A stretch of DNA of 64,000 bases from Prochlorococcus sp. AG-409-D14. GTDB lineage: Bacteria; Cyanobacteriota; Cyanobacteriia; PCC-6307; Cyanobiaceae. The notes beneath the pieces were generated by a model. The model searched no databases and was not told the DNA's origin. It saw only the letters and a list, made by a program, of their open reading frames with translations. Shown here piece by piece: positions 1 through 10,350 of this stretch (position 1 is its first letter; each line of letters opens with the position of its first letter). Location of the stretch: the NCBI GenBank assembly GCA_003215895.1, contig QCJR01000004.1, positions 9,456 to 73,455 on the forward strand. Reading direction: 5' to 3'. Position numbers and translations under genes: made by a program.

Positions 1-19
1 AATTATATTTGATTGAAGA

Positions 20-538
20 TCAATCGAAAAACATCAGACTAACAACTTTTCCCATATCCTCAGCACTATGGCAACTACTTAATAATGTTTCACTGTCATG
101 AAATGCGAAACAAATTAATTGATCACATCTGTTAATAATTTCTTGATTACAAAGACTACTTGCCATTGGCAAAGGTAAATCATTGCTATCTTCTTTCTCT
201 ATGAGATGAAGAACGCTAGCAAGAAGATCCTTTACCTCTGAAGTTTGCCTATCAAGAGACTGAGGTAACAACACAGTCAAGAGAGAAGGGTTAACATCTA
301 TAACTGCTCTAATTACCGCAGCATTAACTCCTTGAGAACCTGAGGTGATTATCGAATGGCCCTCTTGAGCCAAAGATCTTGCTATTAATTCGACTATATG
401 GATAGAAACCACAGGAACATGCCTGCTCCCTAAAAAAGCAATTCTTCTTTTTCCCTCGTTTTTTAACAAGGCCAATTCTTGAGCGAGAGTATCAACTCGT
501 CCCAACGCAGGAAAATCGAGTGCTCGACTCAAGGACAT
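20..538 (-). CDS. DprA/Smf-like (SLOG/Rossmann-fold) nucleotide-binding protein, 'DNA recombination-mediator protein A' family
   Basis: 172 aa; IAFLGSR and ITSGSQGVN motifs match the DprA/SLOG core (IAIVGSR...VSGGAxGxD). Confidence 0.7.
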   Translation of the reverse strand: MSLSRALDFPALGRVDTLAQELALLKNEGKRRIAFLGSRHVPVVSIHIVELIARSLAQEGHSIITSGSQGVNAAVIRAVIDVNPSLLTVLLPQSLDRQTSEVKDLLASVLHLIEKEDSNDLPLPMASSLCNQEIINRCDQLICFAFHDSETLLSSCHSAEDMGKVVSLMFFD

Positions 539-578
539 CCCAATTCAGATAGTTTAAAGGTAGCCACTATTTACGAAC

Positions 579-1670
579 TCAAGAAGAAATTCCTAAAGTT
601 TTAAAGATTCGATCGAGATCACAATGTTCTTGTACCAAACGAAAAGCATAAGTAGCTTTTACTGTCTCATGAAGACGAACATGACCAAATGCTTGCTCGA
701 TAACCTCAACTGTCGAGAGAGTATCTCTATCAACTTTTAGGAGTGGAACATCTAACTCTTCTGATCTATTAATCAATTGTGGTAATGGTTCCCCAGCACC
801 TGTCAGAATTAGACATTGAGTAGAAGCTTCCAAAGCCGCCAATTGGATATCTGTTCGATCAGCTCCAGTCACTACTGCCATATTACGCCTTCTTCGAAAA
901 AATTCCATTGCAGAATTAACACTCATCGCGCCTATACTCAAAGTCTCGACCATTAGCTCAAGCCTATCAGAGCAACAAATAACTCGAGCATTTAAACGTC
1001 TCACCAATTCTTCAACAGTGACACTCCTCAGCAAAGGTGACCTAGGCATCACCCCAAAGACATCTAAACCAAGTGACTTAAGAGCTGGAACTATATTTTC
1101 TTTAATATCTTTGATTTGATCAGGGTTGACAGCATTTAAGACAACGCCACTCAGATGGTCTCCTAGTTGGTTTTTAGCCTCTAATAAAGCTTCAACACTT
1201 CTACTATCTTGCCAAAAATGAGCAAGTAAAACTTTAGCGTTTAAACCTTTAGCAAGTTGACTGAGACTTAATCCATATAAAAGTCCCTCATGCAAACTAC
1301 CTGCTGCTTCAAGAATATTGATAACCTCATCAGAAGAATTCAGAGTTTGCTTAAACTCATCAAATTTAACACCAGGGTCTAAGATATTCTCTTGAATCCT
1401 CTTGCTAGCAGTAGAAGCTGCCAAAAATTGCATCGAAGGAATTAAATTTTCAGCAGATAATCGTAATGTTTCTCCAACAAACCTAACATCATCATCAATC
1501 ATATCTTTTATGTCTCCTCTTTCAGAGACATTTAATTCAAGGCTTGTGGCTAATGGTTTACCAAATCTAACCAAATTATTTGAAGCAATTAAATTTCTTG
1601 CTATTCCAAGAACTAATGCTGACTTACCACTAAATGGTTCACATGATCCAATTAGAAAGGTCTTGCTCAT
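579..1670 (-). CDS. Phosphotransacetylase-family protein (BioD-like N-terminal P-loop plus DRTGG domain)
   Basis: N-terminal SGKS P-loop; AVVTGADRTDIQLAAL...LILTG DRTGG signature; lacks the PTA catalytic domain. Confidence 0.85.
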   Translation of the reverse strand: MSKTFLIGSCEPFSGKSALVLGIARNLIASNNLVRFGKPLATSLELNVSERGDIKDMIDDDVRFVGETLRLSAENLIPSMQFLAASTASKRIQENILDPGVKFDEFKQTLNSSDEVINILEAAGSLHEGLLYGLSLSQLAKGLNAKVLLAHFWQDSRSVEALLEAKNQLGDHLSGVVLNAVNPDQIKDIKENIVPALKSLGLDVFGVMPRSPLLRSVTVEELVRRLNARVICCSDRLELMVETLSIGAMSVNSAMEFFRRRRNMAVVTGADRTDIQLAALEASTQCLILTGAGEPLPQLINRSEELDVPLLKVDRDTLSTVEVIEQAFGHVRLHETVKATYAFRLVQEHCDLDRIFKTLGISS

Positions 1671-1829
1671 TAACTAAAGATCTGTCGTGAATTATTAACT
1701 TTATAAGTTTAGGCTTTTTAAAAAAGTTCTCAACTCTAAATCTGTATAAAGTTCAAATTAGAAAGATATTCTCCAGTAATTCCTAATTTCTTCGCAAGAA
1801 ATATAATGGATCCAACTCAATGAAAAAAC

Positions 1830-2567
1830 TTGTCAAACGACTCAAGGTTCAAAGGCATAAAAATTGCCATAACAGGTGCGAATGGAAGCCTTGGCAAGTC
1901 ACTTATTGAAGTACTGAAAAAAAAAGGGGCTTATGTAGTTGGCTTAACTCATGACAAAAAAAATATTAGTAATTCCTCTAAGAACAATGCTGATGATTGG
2001 ATTCTTTGGTCCTGTGGAAAGGAAGAACTCCTTTCAAGCAGTCTTGCCAGTATTGATATTTTAATACTTAATCATGGATTCAATCCAAAACAAATGATTG
2101 ATTCAAATAAAATAAACAAAGCGCTAGAAATAAATTCCCTAAGTCATTGGAGATTAATAGAATTGTTTGAGAATGTAGCTTTATCAAATAATTTAAATAA
2201 TTGCAATCCAAAGGAGGTATGGGTAAATACATCCGAAGCAGAGATTCAAATAGCTTTTAGTCCAGTATATGAAATAACCAAACGTCTAATAGGTGAACTT
2301 GTAAGTTTGAAAAAAAGTAAATTATTAATGAAAAAAAGAAATTCTTTTACTATCAAAAAATTAATCTTAGGCCCGTTCAAATCAAAATTAAACCAACAAG
2401 GGATCTTAAAACCTGAATTTGTAGCAAGAAAAATAATACAAAAAGCAGAAAAAGACAATTATTTAATAATAGTTTCTCCTAACCCCATTACATATTTAGT
2501 AATGCCAATAGTTGAATCAATGAGAATCTTATATTCAAGATTTATAAATAAAATTTACTCAAATTAA
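1830..2567 (+). CDS. Short-chain dehydrogenase/reductase family protein
   Basis: ITGANGSLG Rossmann motif, ILNHG, YxxxK (YEITK); start codon uncertain (TTG). Confidence 0.8.
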   Translation: MSNDSRFKGIKIAITGANGSLGKSLIEVLKKKGAYVVGLTHDKKNISNSSKNNADDWILWSCGKEELLSSSLASIDILILNHGFNPKQMIDSNKINKALEINSLSHWRLIELFENVALSNNLNNCNPKEVWVNTSEAEIQIAFSPVYEITKRLIGELVSLKKSKLLMKKRNSFTIKKLILGPFKSKLNQQGILKPEFVARKIIQKAEKDNYLIIVSPNPITYLVMPIVESMRILYSRFINKIYSN

Positions 2568-2583
2568 CCACTCTTTAAAAAAA

Positions 2584-3423
2584 TTAATCTCCTCTATCAG
2601 TAAGTATCTCGAAACCATTTTTAGTAACCAAAACAGTGTGCTCCCATTGAGCAGATAGATTTCCATCTTTTGTAATTACTGTCCATCCATCACGAAGTGT
2701 CTTGCAGTACTTGGATCCAAGATTAATTATAGGTTCTATGGCAATAGTCATTCCTTCTCTAAGAGTGACATTTGGTAAATCATTAGTTCTGAAATTAAAT
2801 ACCGAGGGTTCTTCATGAAGATTCCTACCTACACCGTGTCCAGTGTAATCTTCAACAATACTAAAACCGTTAGCTTTCACATAATCTTCTATCGCTCCTG
2901 CTATATCTAGAAGTTTATTTTGTGGCTTGACTTGTTCTATTCCAAGCATCAAAGCGTTTTTTGCGACCCTGCTTAGTTCATTTGCTTGATCTGAAGTATT
3001 ACCAACGGAGATAGTTATACAACTATCTCCGTGATAACCATTATAAAAAGCTCCCGTATCAACTTTTAGTAAATCTCCATCATTAATAATTTTTTTCTTA
3101 CTTGGTATCCCATGAACAACTTCGTTATTTATGCTTGAACATATACTGCCTGGGAAGCCTTGATATCCTTTGAAACTTGGTTTGGCATCATGATCTCTTA
3201 TTCGTTTTTCTGCATATTTATCTAGATCCAAAGTAGACATTCCAGGTTCAACTAAATCTCTAATTTCACTCAATACAGTTGCAACTATTTTGCTTGATTT
3301 ACGCATAATTTCTATCTCTCTTGAAGACTTAATTTCAACTCCTCTCCTTTGTTTAATCACTGGACCAGTATTGATAGGGATTTTGGAGTTTGCAGAAGCA
3401 AGGAGATCTGAGAAAAGTTTCAT
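2584..3423 (-). CDS. map: Type I methionine aminopeptidase
   Basis: VVHGIP, DTGA...GDS, YTGHGVG, IEP, SAQWEHT motifs. Confidence 0.96.
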   Translation of the reverse strand: MKLFSDLLASANSKIPINTGPVIKQRRGVEIKSSREIEIMRKSSKIVATVLSEIRDLVEPGMSTLDLDKYAEKRIRDHDAKPSFKGYQGFPGSICSSINNEVVHGIPSKKKIINDGDLLKVDTGAFYNGYHGDSCITISVGNTSDQANELSRVAKNALMLGIEQVKPQNKLLDIAGAIEDYVKANGFSIVEDYTGHGVGRNLHEEPSVFNFRTNDLPNVTLREGMTIAIEPIINLGSKYCKTLRDGWTVITKDGNLSAQWEHTVLVTKNGFEILTDRGD

Positions 3424-3726
3424 TGTTTAGGAAAAAAGCAAAAACAAAAAAATCTGCATTCTATTAATAAACTAATAATAGGTAAACTATCAAATGGAGC
3501 GGGACAGTTTTATTGAAAAAATCCCTTTCTTTAATAAAATTTCTATATTAAGAAAAAGCGTAAAAAAAACTAATTTTTCTTTTAAACGATCAATCAATGA
3601 CTGGATAAAGGGTAAATATGAAAGTTGTGCTCAAATAGAGATGAAAAAATCAAAGATATAAAAAATTTTTAAATTGAGAAACCAGCGGTTACAATATGTG
3701 CTCGGCCAAATTAAGAGTAATTGGTG

Positions 3727-4215
3727 ATGTCCGTTGATTCGAAAGAACCCTCTTCAGAAGAGGTAAAAGTTGAAGATAAATCAAATGCCTCAGATGATTC
3801 TGGAGTGAGAAGTGCTTCTGAAACAAAATCCAAGGGAAAGAAAATTTCAATCAAAAAGCTCTCTCCTGCAGAAATCATAAAGTCTTTTGAAGATGCACAA
3901 CAAAGCAAAGAGCTCCCTGATATTTATGTTGGAGACACTGTTCGTGTTGGTGTCCGGATAAGTGAGGGTAATAAGGAGAGGGTTCAGCCCTACGAAGGAG
4001 TCGTAATTGCAAAGAGACATGGAAGTATTCATCAAACAATTACGGTAAGGCGAATTTTCCAAGGAATTGGAGTTGAAAGAATTTTTCTGGTTCATAGTCC
4101 TCAAGTTGCATCCATTAAGGTTGAACGCCGAGGTAAAGTAAGAAGAGCGAAGCTTTTCTATCTGCGTGAGCGAGTGGGCAAAGCTACTCGCGTAAAGCAG
4201 CGCTTCGACCGCTGA
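3727..4215 (+). CDS. rplS: 50S ribosomal protein L19 (with N-terminal extension)
   Basis: [36 protein letters not shown]; start at 3721, 3724 or 3727. Confidence 0.96.
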   Translation: MSVDSKEPSSEEVKVEDKSNASDDSGVRSASETKSKGKKISIKKLSPAEIIKSFEDAQQSKELPDIYVGDTVRVGVRISEGNKERVQPYEGVVIAKRHGSIHQTITVRRIFQGIGVERIFLVHSPQVASIKVERRGKVRRAKLFYLRERVGKATRVKQRFDR

Positions 4216-4236
4216 GGTTTCGGCCTCCTCAATCAA

Positions 4237-4259
4237 AAGTCATTGGTAAACAATGACTT
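4237..4259. other. Perfect 9-bp-stem hairpin between rplS and tRNA-Trp
   Basis: AAGTCATTG-GTAAA-CAATGACTT; preceded by a GAGGT-TTCG-GCCTC tetraloop hairpin at the rplS stop. Confidence 0.5.
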
Positions 4260-4275
4260 AAAGGGTATATAAAAT

Positions 4276-4348
4276 GCGCCGTTAGTTCAGTTGGTAGAAC
4301 GCAGGTCTCCAAAACCTGATGTCGGGGGTTCAAGTCCTCCACGGCGCG
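4276..4348 (+). tRNA. trnW: tRNA-Trp(CCA)
   Basis: Acceptor stem GCGCCGT/ACGGCGC, anticodon arm CAGGT-CTCCAAA-ACCTG, T-loop GTTCAAGTC; 3' CCA not encoded. Confidence 0.97.
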
Positions 4349-4383
4349 TTCGAAAACCCTTTCTGCAGTTACTTTTTTAAAGA

Positions 4384-4572
4384 ATGGAGTTGGATCTTCA
4401 ACCTGGCGATGTCGTAAAAGTTCTTGAGTCAGCCGCATTAGGCTGGGTCAGGGCTCGAGTTATTCGTGTAAAATCAGGTGGCCGTGTAGTAGTTCAAAGC
4501 GACCAAGGACGCGAGTTCACAGCTCGTGGAAATCAAGTTAGGCTCATAGAGCCTGCAGGTTTTCGTCCTTAA
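4384..4572 (+). CDS. Prochlorococcus/Synechococcus hyper-conserved protein (PSHCP/Hcp)
   Basis: 62-aa MELDLQPGDVVKVLESAALGWVRARV... recognised; typical position rplS-trnW-hcp-trnD-gltX. Confidence 0.92.
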   Translation: MELDLQPGDVVKVLESAALGWVRARVIRVKSGGRVVVQSDQGREFTARGNQVRLIEPAGFRP

Positions 4573-4682
4573 AATTCATCTACTTATTTAGTTTTATTTC
4601 ATGAGCGTCTCTCTTAACAGAGAATTAGATTGAAAAAACCTAATAAAGTTAGTTTTACTAAGTCAACAATATTAATTCTTAG

Positions 4683-4712
4683 TTGACTAGAAGGCATTTT
4701 TAGGATGATACT
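4683..4712 (+). promoter_or_regulatory. Putative sigma70 promoter for tRNA-Asp/gltX
   Basis: TTGACT-N18-GATACT about 60 nt upstream of the tRNA. Confidence 0.3.
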
Positions 4713-4772
4713 CATTGGGTCAATACAAAGGATTTCTAATAAAAGATTAAATCCTTTTTAAGGCCTAAAACT

Positions 4773-4846
4773 GGGACCGTAGTTCAACTGGTTAGAGCAC
4801 CGCCCTGTCACGGCGGAAGTTGCGGGTTCGAATCCCGTCGGTCCCG
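4773..4846 (+). tRNA. trnD: tRNA-Asp(GTC)
   Basis: Acceptor GGGACCG/CGGTCCC, anticodon arm CCGCC-CTGTCAC-GGCGG, T-loop GTTCGAATC. Confidence 0.97.
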
Positions 4847-4867
4847 TATCTAAATCGAATTAGAACT

Positions 4868-6298
4868 TTGAAAGTTAGGGTAAGATTGGCACCAAGTCCA
4901 ACAGGAACACTTCATCTAGGAACAGCGAGAACTGCATTATTTAACTGGCTTTTTGCGAGGAAAGAAGGCGGTAGTTTCCTCTTAAGGATTGAAGATACTG
5001 ATATTGAAAGATCCAAAGAAGAATATATACAAAACATATTTGATGGGCTCCGATGGTTAGGAATAAACTGGGATGAATCTCCAACAATTCAAAGCCAAAG
5101 AGTAAATGAGCATAAGCAAATCATAAAAACGCTTATCGATAAAGGATTTGCATACAAATGTTATGCATCAGAAGCTGAGCTTGATGAAATGAGAGAGACC
5201 CAAAAGAAAAATGGTCTAGCTCCAAAATATGACAATAGGCACAGACATTTAACTCCAAAACAAGAATCAGAATTTATAAAAGCGGGAAGAGAACCTGTTA
5301 TCAGATTCAAAATCAGTGATCAAAAATTAATTACATGGAATGACTTAATTCGAGGGGAAATGACTTGGAGTGGAAAAGATTTAGGCGGTGACATGGTCAT
5401 TGCAAGAAGAGCACCAGCAGATTCAATTGGAGATCCTTTATATAATTTAGTTGTTGTTGCTGATGATTCAGCAATGCAAATTTCTCATGTAATAAGGGGA
5501 GAAGACCATCTAGCAAATACTGCAAAACAAATTCTTCTTTACGAAGCTTTAGATTTCAACATTCCTGTTTTCGCACATACCCCTTTAATCCTTAATTCTG
5601 AAGGTAAAAAACTTTCCAAAAGGGATGGAGTTATTTCAATTTCTGAATTCAAGAAAATGGGTTACACATCCGAAGCGATGGCGAATTATATGACTCTTCT
5701 TGGCTGGTCAGTCCCAGAAGGGGTTAATGAAAGGTTCAATATTTCAGAAATTGCAGAGATATTCAGTTTTAAGAAGGTTAATAAAGCTTCAGCCAAATTT
5801 GATTGGGACAAATTGAACTGGCTCAACTCTCAAGTAATACATGAAATGTCACCCGAAGCTCTATTAAAAAATTTAGATCCTTTGTTTAGAGAAAATGATT
5901 GGTATTTACCAAATCATGAATGGGGAACACATCTGGTAAATTTAATTAGACCATCTATGGTTCTCATTAATGATGGAGTTGATCAAGCCAAACCTTTTTT
6001 TGAAGAGCCAGAATTAAGTAATGATGGTAAAAATCAATTAGAAATCAAAGAATCAAAAATAATTTTAAGTTTTATTCTTAAAAAGCTAGAAAACTTAGAT
6101 GCTGGACTTTTTAGTAAAGAACAAGCGCTTGATTTAATAAATCAAGCTACAAAGAATTGCGAAGTCAAAAAAGGTCTTGTCATGAAATGTCTTAGAGCTG
6201 CACTTTTTGGAACCCTTAAGGGGCCTGATTTAATTCAAAGTTGGGTTTTGCTCTCAAGATCCTGTAAAGATAGAAGCCGAATTCGTCGTTTTATCTAA
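4868..6298 (+). CDS. gltX: Glutamate--tRNA ligase
   Basis: [12 protein letters not shown] (HIGH), [18 protein letters not shown]. Start moved to the in-frame TTG at 4868 because the track start (4820) lies inside tRNA-Asp. Confidence 0.96.
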   Translation: MKVRVRLAPSPTGTLHLGTARTALFNWLFARKEGGSFLLRIEDTDIERSKEEYIQNIFDGLRWLGINWDESPTIQSQRVNEHKQIIKTLIDKGFAYKCYASEAELDEMRETQKKNGLAPKYDNRHRHLTPKQESEFIKAGREPVIRFKISDQKLITWNDLIRGEMTWSGKDLGGDMVIARRAPADSIGDPLYNLVVVADDSAMQISHVIRGEDHLANTAKQILLYEALDFNIPVFAHTPLILNSEGKKLSKRDGVISISEFKKMGYTSEAMANYMTLLGWSVPEGVNERFNISEIAEIFSFKKVNKASAKFDWDKLNWLNSQVIHEMSPEALLKNLDPLFRENDWYLPNHEWGTHLVNLIRPSMVLINDGVDQAKPFFEEPELSNDGKNQLEIKESKIILSFILKKLENLDAGLFSKEQALDLINQATKNCEVKKGLVMKCLRAALFGTLKGPDLIQSWVLLSRSCKDRSRIRRFI

Positions 6299-7498
6299 AT
6301 CTTTTTCTTCATCTAATAACCCCAACATTTTTGCTAAAGGCTTAGCTGTTAAACCTTGTATGCCTACTGTCATTAATATTGTCAAAAACACTAATCCCTG
6401 AAGTTTTCCAGCGCCTAAAACACCTGCTTGCTCCAATCGAATAGAGAACAAAGAAGCAACTGCTGCAGTAACTATTCCACGGGGAGCCAACCAACCAAGA
6501 AATAATCTTTGTTTATTATCAAGAGGTAATCCATAAGTTGCTATCGATACTGCTATTGGCCTTACTACGATCATCAAAAAAAGTACGCAAGCTATACCCC
6601 CCAACCCCAGAGGACTCAATTCCCCCCATGAAACATCTGCTGCTAGTAAGGGGAAAAGCATAGTTATTGCTAACTGCGCTAATTCTCTTATTAATTTATC
6701 AAGTTCATTCGCCTGTGTAGAAGGTCTTTGTCCTACAACAAACCCTGCTGCAACAGATGCGGGCAATCCTGATTCAGGTAATAACCATTCACATACTCCA
6801 TAAAGCAAGAAAATTACTCCAAGAGTCAGCTGTAATCTAAGACCGATATAAGGCTCAGTTCGTAAGCGCTTCAAACCCTCTGAAAGCAATAGACCTGCAA
6901 GTGATCCGATCAAGACTCCTCCTCCAAGCCTTGAAAGCAAACCAAGAAAAAGCTCTTTCCATCCATGCAAATCTCCAACGACAAGCTCTAACAACAAAAG
7001 TGCTAGAACTGCTCCAATAGGTTCGAGTATCAAACCTTCAGCTTCAAGAACATCACTTAATGGTGATGCAAGTCGAATTTGTCGGACCAATGGAGTTACA
7101 ACAGTTGGTCCCGTAGCGAGAACAATCGCGCTATAAACACCAGCTACTGACCAACCAAGTCCTGCAAACCAATGAGCAGCAAGGACGCCCGCTGCCAAGG
7201 AAATAATTAATCTAATTGAAGAAATTCTTAAGACTATTGATTTGATTGCCCCTCCTGGAAATCGAAGATTTAATCCACCATCAAATAAAACAAGGCTTAC
7301 CAATAAACCAACTATTGTCTCCAACCCCTTTCCCAGATCTAAAGGTTCAACCAATCCAAGACCTGATCTCCCAATCAACAAGCCTGAGAGCAACAATAGA
7401 ACAACTCCAGGAAGTCCTGTTAGCACTGATAGTAACCTTGCTCCAGCTCCAGAAAAAACTGTGATACCCCATAGCAAGCCCAGCCGCTCAGGAGTCAT
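6254..7498 (-). CDS. CPA1/NhaP-type cation:proton antiporter
   Basis: Multi-TM; LFDGG, ATGPTV, LEAEG, APRGIV motifs. Confidence 0.9.
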   Translation of the reverse strand: MTPERLGLLWGITVFSGAGARLLSVLTGLPGVVLLLLSGLLIGRSGLGLVEPLDLGKGLETIVGLLVSLVLFDGGLNLRFPGGAIKSIVLRISSIRLIISLAAGVLAAHWFAGLGWSVAGVYSAIVLATGPTVVTPLVRQIRLASPLSDVLEAEGLILEPIGAVLALLLLELVVGDLHGWKELFLGLLSRLGGGVLIGSLAGLLLSEGLKRLRTEPYIGLRLQLTLGVIFLLYGVCEWLLPESGLPASVAAGFVVGQRPSTQANELDKLIRELAQLAITMLFPLLAADVSWGELSPLGLGGIACVLFLMIVVRPIAVSIATYGLPLDNKQRLFLGWLAPRGIVTAAVASLFSIRLEQAGVLGAGKLQGLVFLTILMTVGIQGLTAKPLAKMLGLLDEEKDLDKTTNSASIFTGS

Positions 7499-7669
7499 AA
7501 ATAACTAGCAATGAAGACATAAACGAGTATCCGTTAAATCTACCTAAGAAAATAAATAAGTTAATAAGCTGATTTTACTTACATGTTCTTATAGAGTAGC
7601 AACCCTTTCAATCCAAATATAATTTATACATTCTAATTTAGAAAGTAACTGACAAAAACAATTAAAAAA

Positions 7670-8191
7670 TTACAGATCAAAATTTCTTAAGAAAGATTTA
7701 TTTGGCATATAGAGAGGGTGGCGGGGGTTCCCTTTTTTACTGAGGCCAAGACATAAAACACGTTTGGAATAATTATTTTCGTTTGACTTTAAATTTGAAA
7801 AATTTTTAATTAATTTTAGAACTTTACGATTACGTCCTTTTAATTCTCCTTTATCGCCCCACCCTAACCACAAATCACAATTACTATCTTCCCACCAGAA
7901 TTTTAATGATTTCATAGTAATCAAATCATTATTTGCACCTATAGGATCATTGCTTTTTGATAGTTGAGTAGGAGACTTGGAAATCAGTCCAAAAAGATTA
8001 ATTATATAGATATTTCTATAATTCCATCTCGAACAAAAATTTATTACTCTCACGAGAGTCCTATCGTTATTAGATGAATTAGCTTTTGAAGGATTCAAGC
8101 CTATGAAAACTACCGTCTTTTCACCGCTTAATAACTCTCTTTTTAAAATCCATCGATAGGAGCTACATTCACTAAATAAGCAAAATGCCAA
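7670..8191 (-). CDS. DUF1643-family protein
   Basis: FIGLNPS.A, D.T, INLF, LGWG, G.PRHPLY motifs. Confidence 0.85.
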   Translation of the reverse strand: MAFCLFSECSSYRWILKRELLSGEKTVVFIGLNPSKANSSNNDRTLVRVINFCSRWNYRNIYIINLFGLISKSPTQLSKSNDPIGANNDLITMKSLKFWWEDSNCDLWLGWGDKGELKGRNRKVLKLIKNFSNLKSNENNYSKRVLCLGLSKKGNPRHPLYMPNKSFLRNFDL

Positions 8192-8236
8192 CCAAAAAAT
8201 TAAAACTATATATTATTTTAAAACGAATGCTTTTTT

Positions 8237-8419
8237 CTAGCCAGAAAAAATTAAATTTGATATCACAAGACTAATTAATACAATAATTAAGCCTGCTATT
8301 GCCATTCTGCCGTTCCATATTTCGGCTTGAGGAGTGAATCCTCTCTTCCATGAATTAAGTTCACTTGAGCTTGCAAGCCTGGTAGATTTATTTGCTTCAT
8401 TTCCATGTTTTAAAGTCAT
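8237..8419 (-). CDS. hli: High-light inducible protein
   Basis: GFTPQAEIWNGRMA motif followed by one TM helix. Confidence 0.9.
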   Translation of the reverse strand: MTLKHGNEANKSTRLASSSELNSWKRGFTPQAEIWNGRMAIAGLIIVLISLVISNLIFSG

Positions 8420-8449
8420 AATAAAAAATTAAAAGCTTAAAAATATTGA

Positions 8450-9517
8450 TTAAAAAGGAGGATTACATTCATAAAGTAAATCTGATTTTTCTAAGGGCCA
8501 GCGGGCTGAGACACCTAATTCCATTGAACTTTGAGACTTAGAAGAAAATCTTAACAAAGCTGCCGCACCAATCATTGCCGCATTATCAGTACAAAATTCC
8601 ATTGGTGCAAGAGCAATATCAATTGCATTTTCAGATGCTTTTGCAAGCATCATTTCCCTTAATCGGACATTTGCAGCAACTCCTCCTACTAGTACAAGAG
8701 AATTTAGCCCTTGATCAAGGGCACATTGAAGGCTCCTCTCTACAAGAACCTCCGCTACTACGTTTTCAAAACTTGCAGCAATATCCTCTATTGGTATTTT
8801 TTTATTTTCTGACCTTATTTTTTCTATCTGCCTAGATACAGCAGTTTTCAAACCACTAAAAGAGAAGTCATATGGGTAAAAACCACCTTCAGGTTTAGAT
8901 ACTCTTCCTTTTGGGAAAAAGAATTTTTTTGGGTCTCCACTTTTAGCTGTTTTTTGAATTGCCGGCCCACCTGGATAGGGAAGTCCCAATAATCTTGCGA
9001 CCTTATCAAAAGCTTCTCCGGCTGCATCATCATGACTTCTACCTAGACGTTGATACTTATGTTGAATATCTACTTTTATCAATTCAGTATGCCCTCCACT
9101 AACCAATAAGACTAAGAAAGGAGGTTTAGGATGATTTTCTGACAAATATATTGATGAAAGATGTCCCTCCAAATGATGAATTCCTAAAAAAGGAATTTGA
9201 TGCAAATTCGCTAAAGTTCTTGCTGTAATTGATCCAACCAAAAGTGAACCTGCTAATCCTGGAGTAACAGTTGCGGCTACTGCATCTATATCTTGTATCT
9301 GTAATTTTGATTTTGCAAAAACTTCTTCAATTAAAAATGGAAGATTTTCCAAATGTCTTCTTGAAGCAATTTCCGGAACGACACCACCCCAATTAGCATG
9401 TTCATCAATTTGTGAGGCTATCTCATTACCTATTAATGAGACTTTTCCTTTTTCGTCACTGACTAAAGCCGCTGCTGACTCGTCACAACTTGTTTCGAGG
9501 GATAAAATTATTGACAT
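8450..9517 (-). CDS. tsaD: tRNA N6-threonylcarbamoyladenosine synthesis protein TsaD
   Basis: [51 protein letters not shown]. Confidence 0.97.
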   Translation of the reverse strand: MSIILSLETSCDESAAALVSDEKGKVSLIGNEIASQIDEHANWGGVVPEIASRRHLENLPFLIEEVFAKSKLQIQDIDAVAATVTPGLAGSLLVGSITARTLANLHQIPFLGIHHLEGHLSSIYLSENHPKPPFLVLLVSGGHTELIKVDIQHKYQRLGRSHDDAAGEAFDKVARLLGLPYPGGPAIQKTAKSGDPKKFFFPKGRVSKPEGGFYPYDFSFSGLKTAVSRQIEKIRSENKKIPIEDIAASFENVVAEVLVERSLQCALDQGLNSLVLVGGVAANVRLREMMLAKASENAIDIALAPMEFCTDNAAMIGAAALLRFSSKSQSSMELGVSARWPLEKSDLLYECNPPF

Positions 9518-9590
9518 TAATAGCTAGTTATCAACTAAGTTTAGTATTGAAATCCTATTAAAACAGGGCAACAGATAAAAATCAGAACTC

Positions 9591-10148
9591 ATGAGTCGTC
9601 TTTTATCAATTCTACTTTCAGCATTTCTTTTCTTAGGAATAGCTCCAATTGCTAATGCAAGGCCAGGCCCAGCACTAAACGCTGATAGAGCTCCTACAGA
9701 TTTCACTGCTTCTGCTTTGGTATCTTGTGCTGATAATCCCCGTTTCCAAGAAAGAGCAAGCGCTGCCTCAACAGATCAGGCAATAAAAAGATTTGAAAGA
9801 TATAGCAAAGCCTTATGTGGAGACGATGGTCTTCCTCACTTAATAATTGGTCCACCTATTGAGCCTTGGGGTGCATGGATTAATCGAGGTCATGAAGGAG
9901 ATCTACTTATTCCTGGAGTAATGTTTATCTATATTGCGGGTATTATAGGTTGGTCAGGAAGAGAATATGTAAGAGCTGTTAGAGGTAAAAAGAACGCTGC
10001 AGAATACGAAATAATTATTGATACTGATCTTGCTTGGCAATGCTTAAAAAGAGGAGCCGCTTGGCCACTACAAGCAAATAGAGAGGGAAAGAATGGAGAG
10101 CTTAGAGAAAAAGATAATAATGTTTCTCTTAATGGTCCAAGAGGATAA
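9591..10148 (+). CDS. psaF: Photosystem I reaction centre subunit III
   Basis: Signal peptide; RFERY...LCG.DGLPHLI, YIAG.IGW.GREY, EIIID; followed by psaJ. Confidence 0.95.
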   Translation: MSRLLSILLSAFLFLGIAPIANARPGPALNADRAPTDFTASALVSCADNPRFQERASAASTDQAIKRFERYSKALCGDDGLPHLIIGPPIEPWGAWINRGHEGDLLIPGVMFIYIAGIIGWSGREYVRAVRGKKNAAEYEIIIDTDLAWQCLKRGAAWPLQANREGKNGELREKDNNVSLNGPRG

Positions 10149-10190
10149 AAATTATTTCTTAATTAAAAAACCACTTAATTTTTTTCAATC

Positions 10191-10328
10191 ATGTTTCAAT
10201 TATTTCGTACTAAATGGTTTAGATCAGCTCCAGTCGTATCAGCGATTTGGATCACTCTAACAGCAGGTATTATTGTTGAATTTAATAGATTTGTTCCAGA
10301 CTTGCTTTTCCACCCAATGTCCTTTTAA
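10191..10328 (+). CDS. psaJ: Photosystem I reaction centre subunit IX (missed by the ORF track)
   Basis: Translated by hand: [45 protein letters not shown] (45 aa); APV...EFNRF.PD signature, directly after psaF. Confidence 0.95.
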   Translation: MFQLFRTKWFRSAPVVSAIWITLTAGIIVEFNRFVPDLLFHPMSF

Positions 10329-10350
10329 AAAAAGAATTTTTTAATTACAT

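Noticed and set aside
1806-1829. In-frame ATG GAT CCA ACT CAA TGA upstream of the SDR gene (possible premature stop or uORF)
   Set aside because: The downstream TTG start keeps the whole Rossmann motif; cannot be told from chance without orthologue alignment
3847-4438. Antisense ORFs over rplS, tRNA-Trp and hcp (representative of the many other 60-130 aa antisense ORFs in the track)
   Set aside because: They overlap well-supported genes or tRNAs on the opposite strand and have no protein-like motifs
4276-4846. tRNA genes as integration sites of a prophage or tycheposon
   Set aside because: I found no integrase and no duplicated tRNA 3' fragment; flanks are core genes
4820-4867. ORF-track N-terminus of gltX
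   Set aside because: It begins inside tRNA-Asp; homology starts at [13 protein letters not shown], so TTG 4868 is the likely start
6254-6298. Convergent 3' overlaps (gltX/antiporter; also tatC/DUF3067 and LD-carboxypeptidase/ispD)
   Set aside because: Ordinary feature of streamlined genomes
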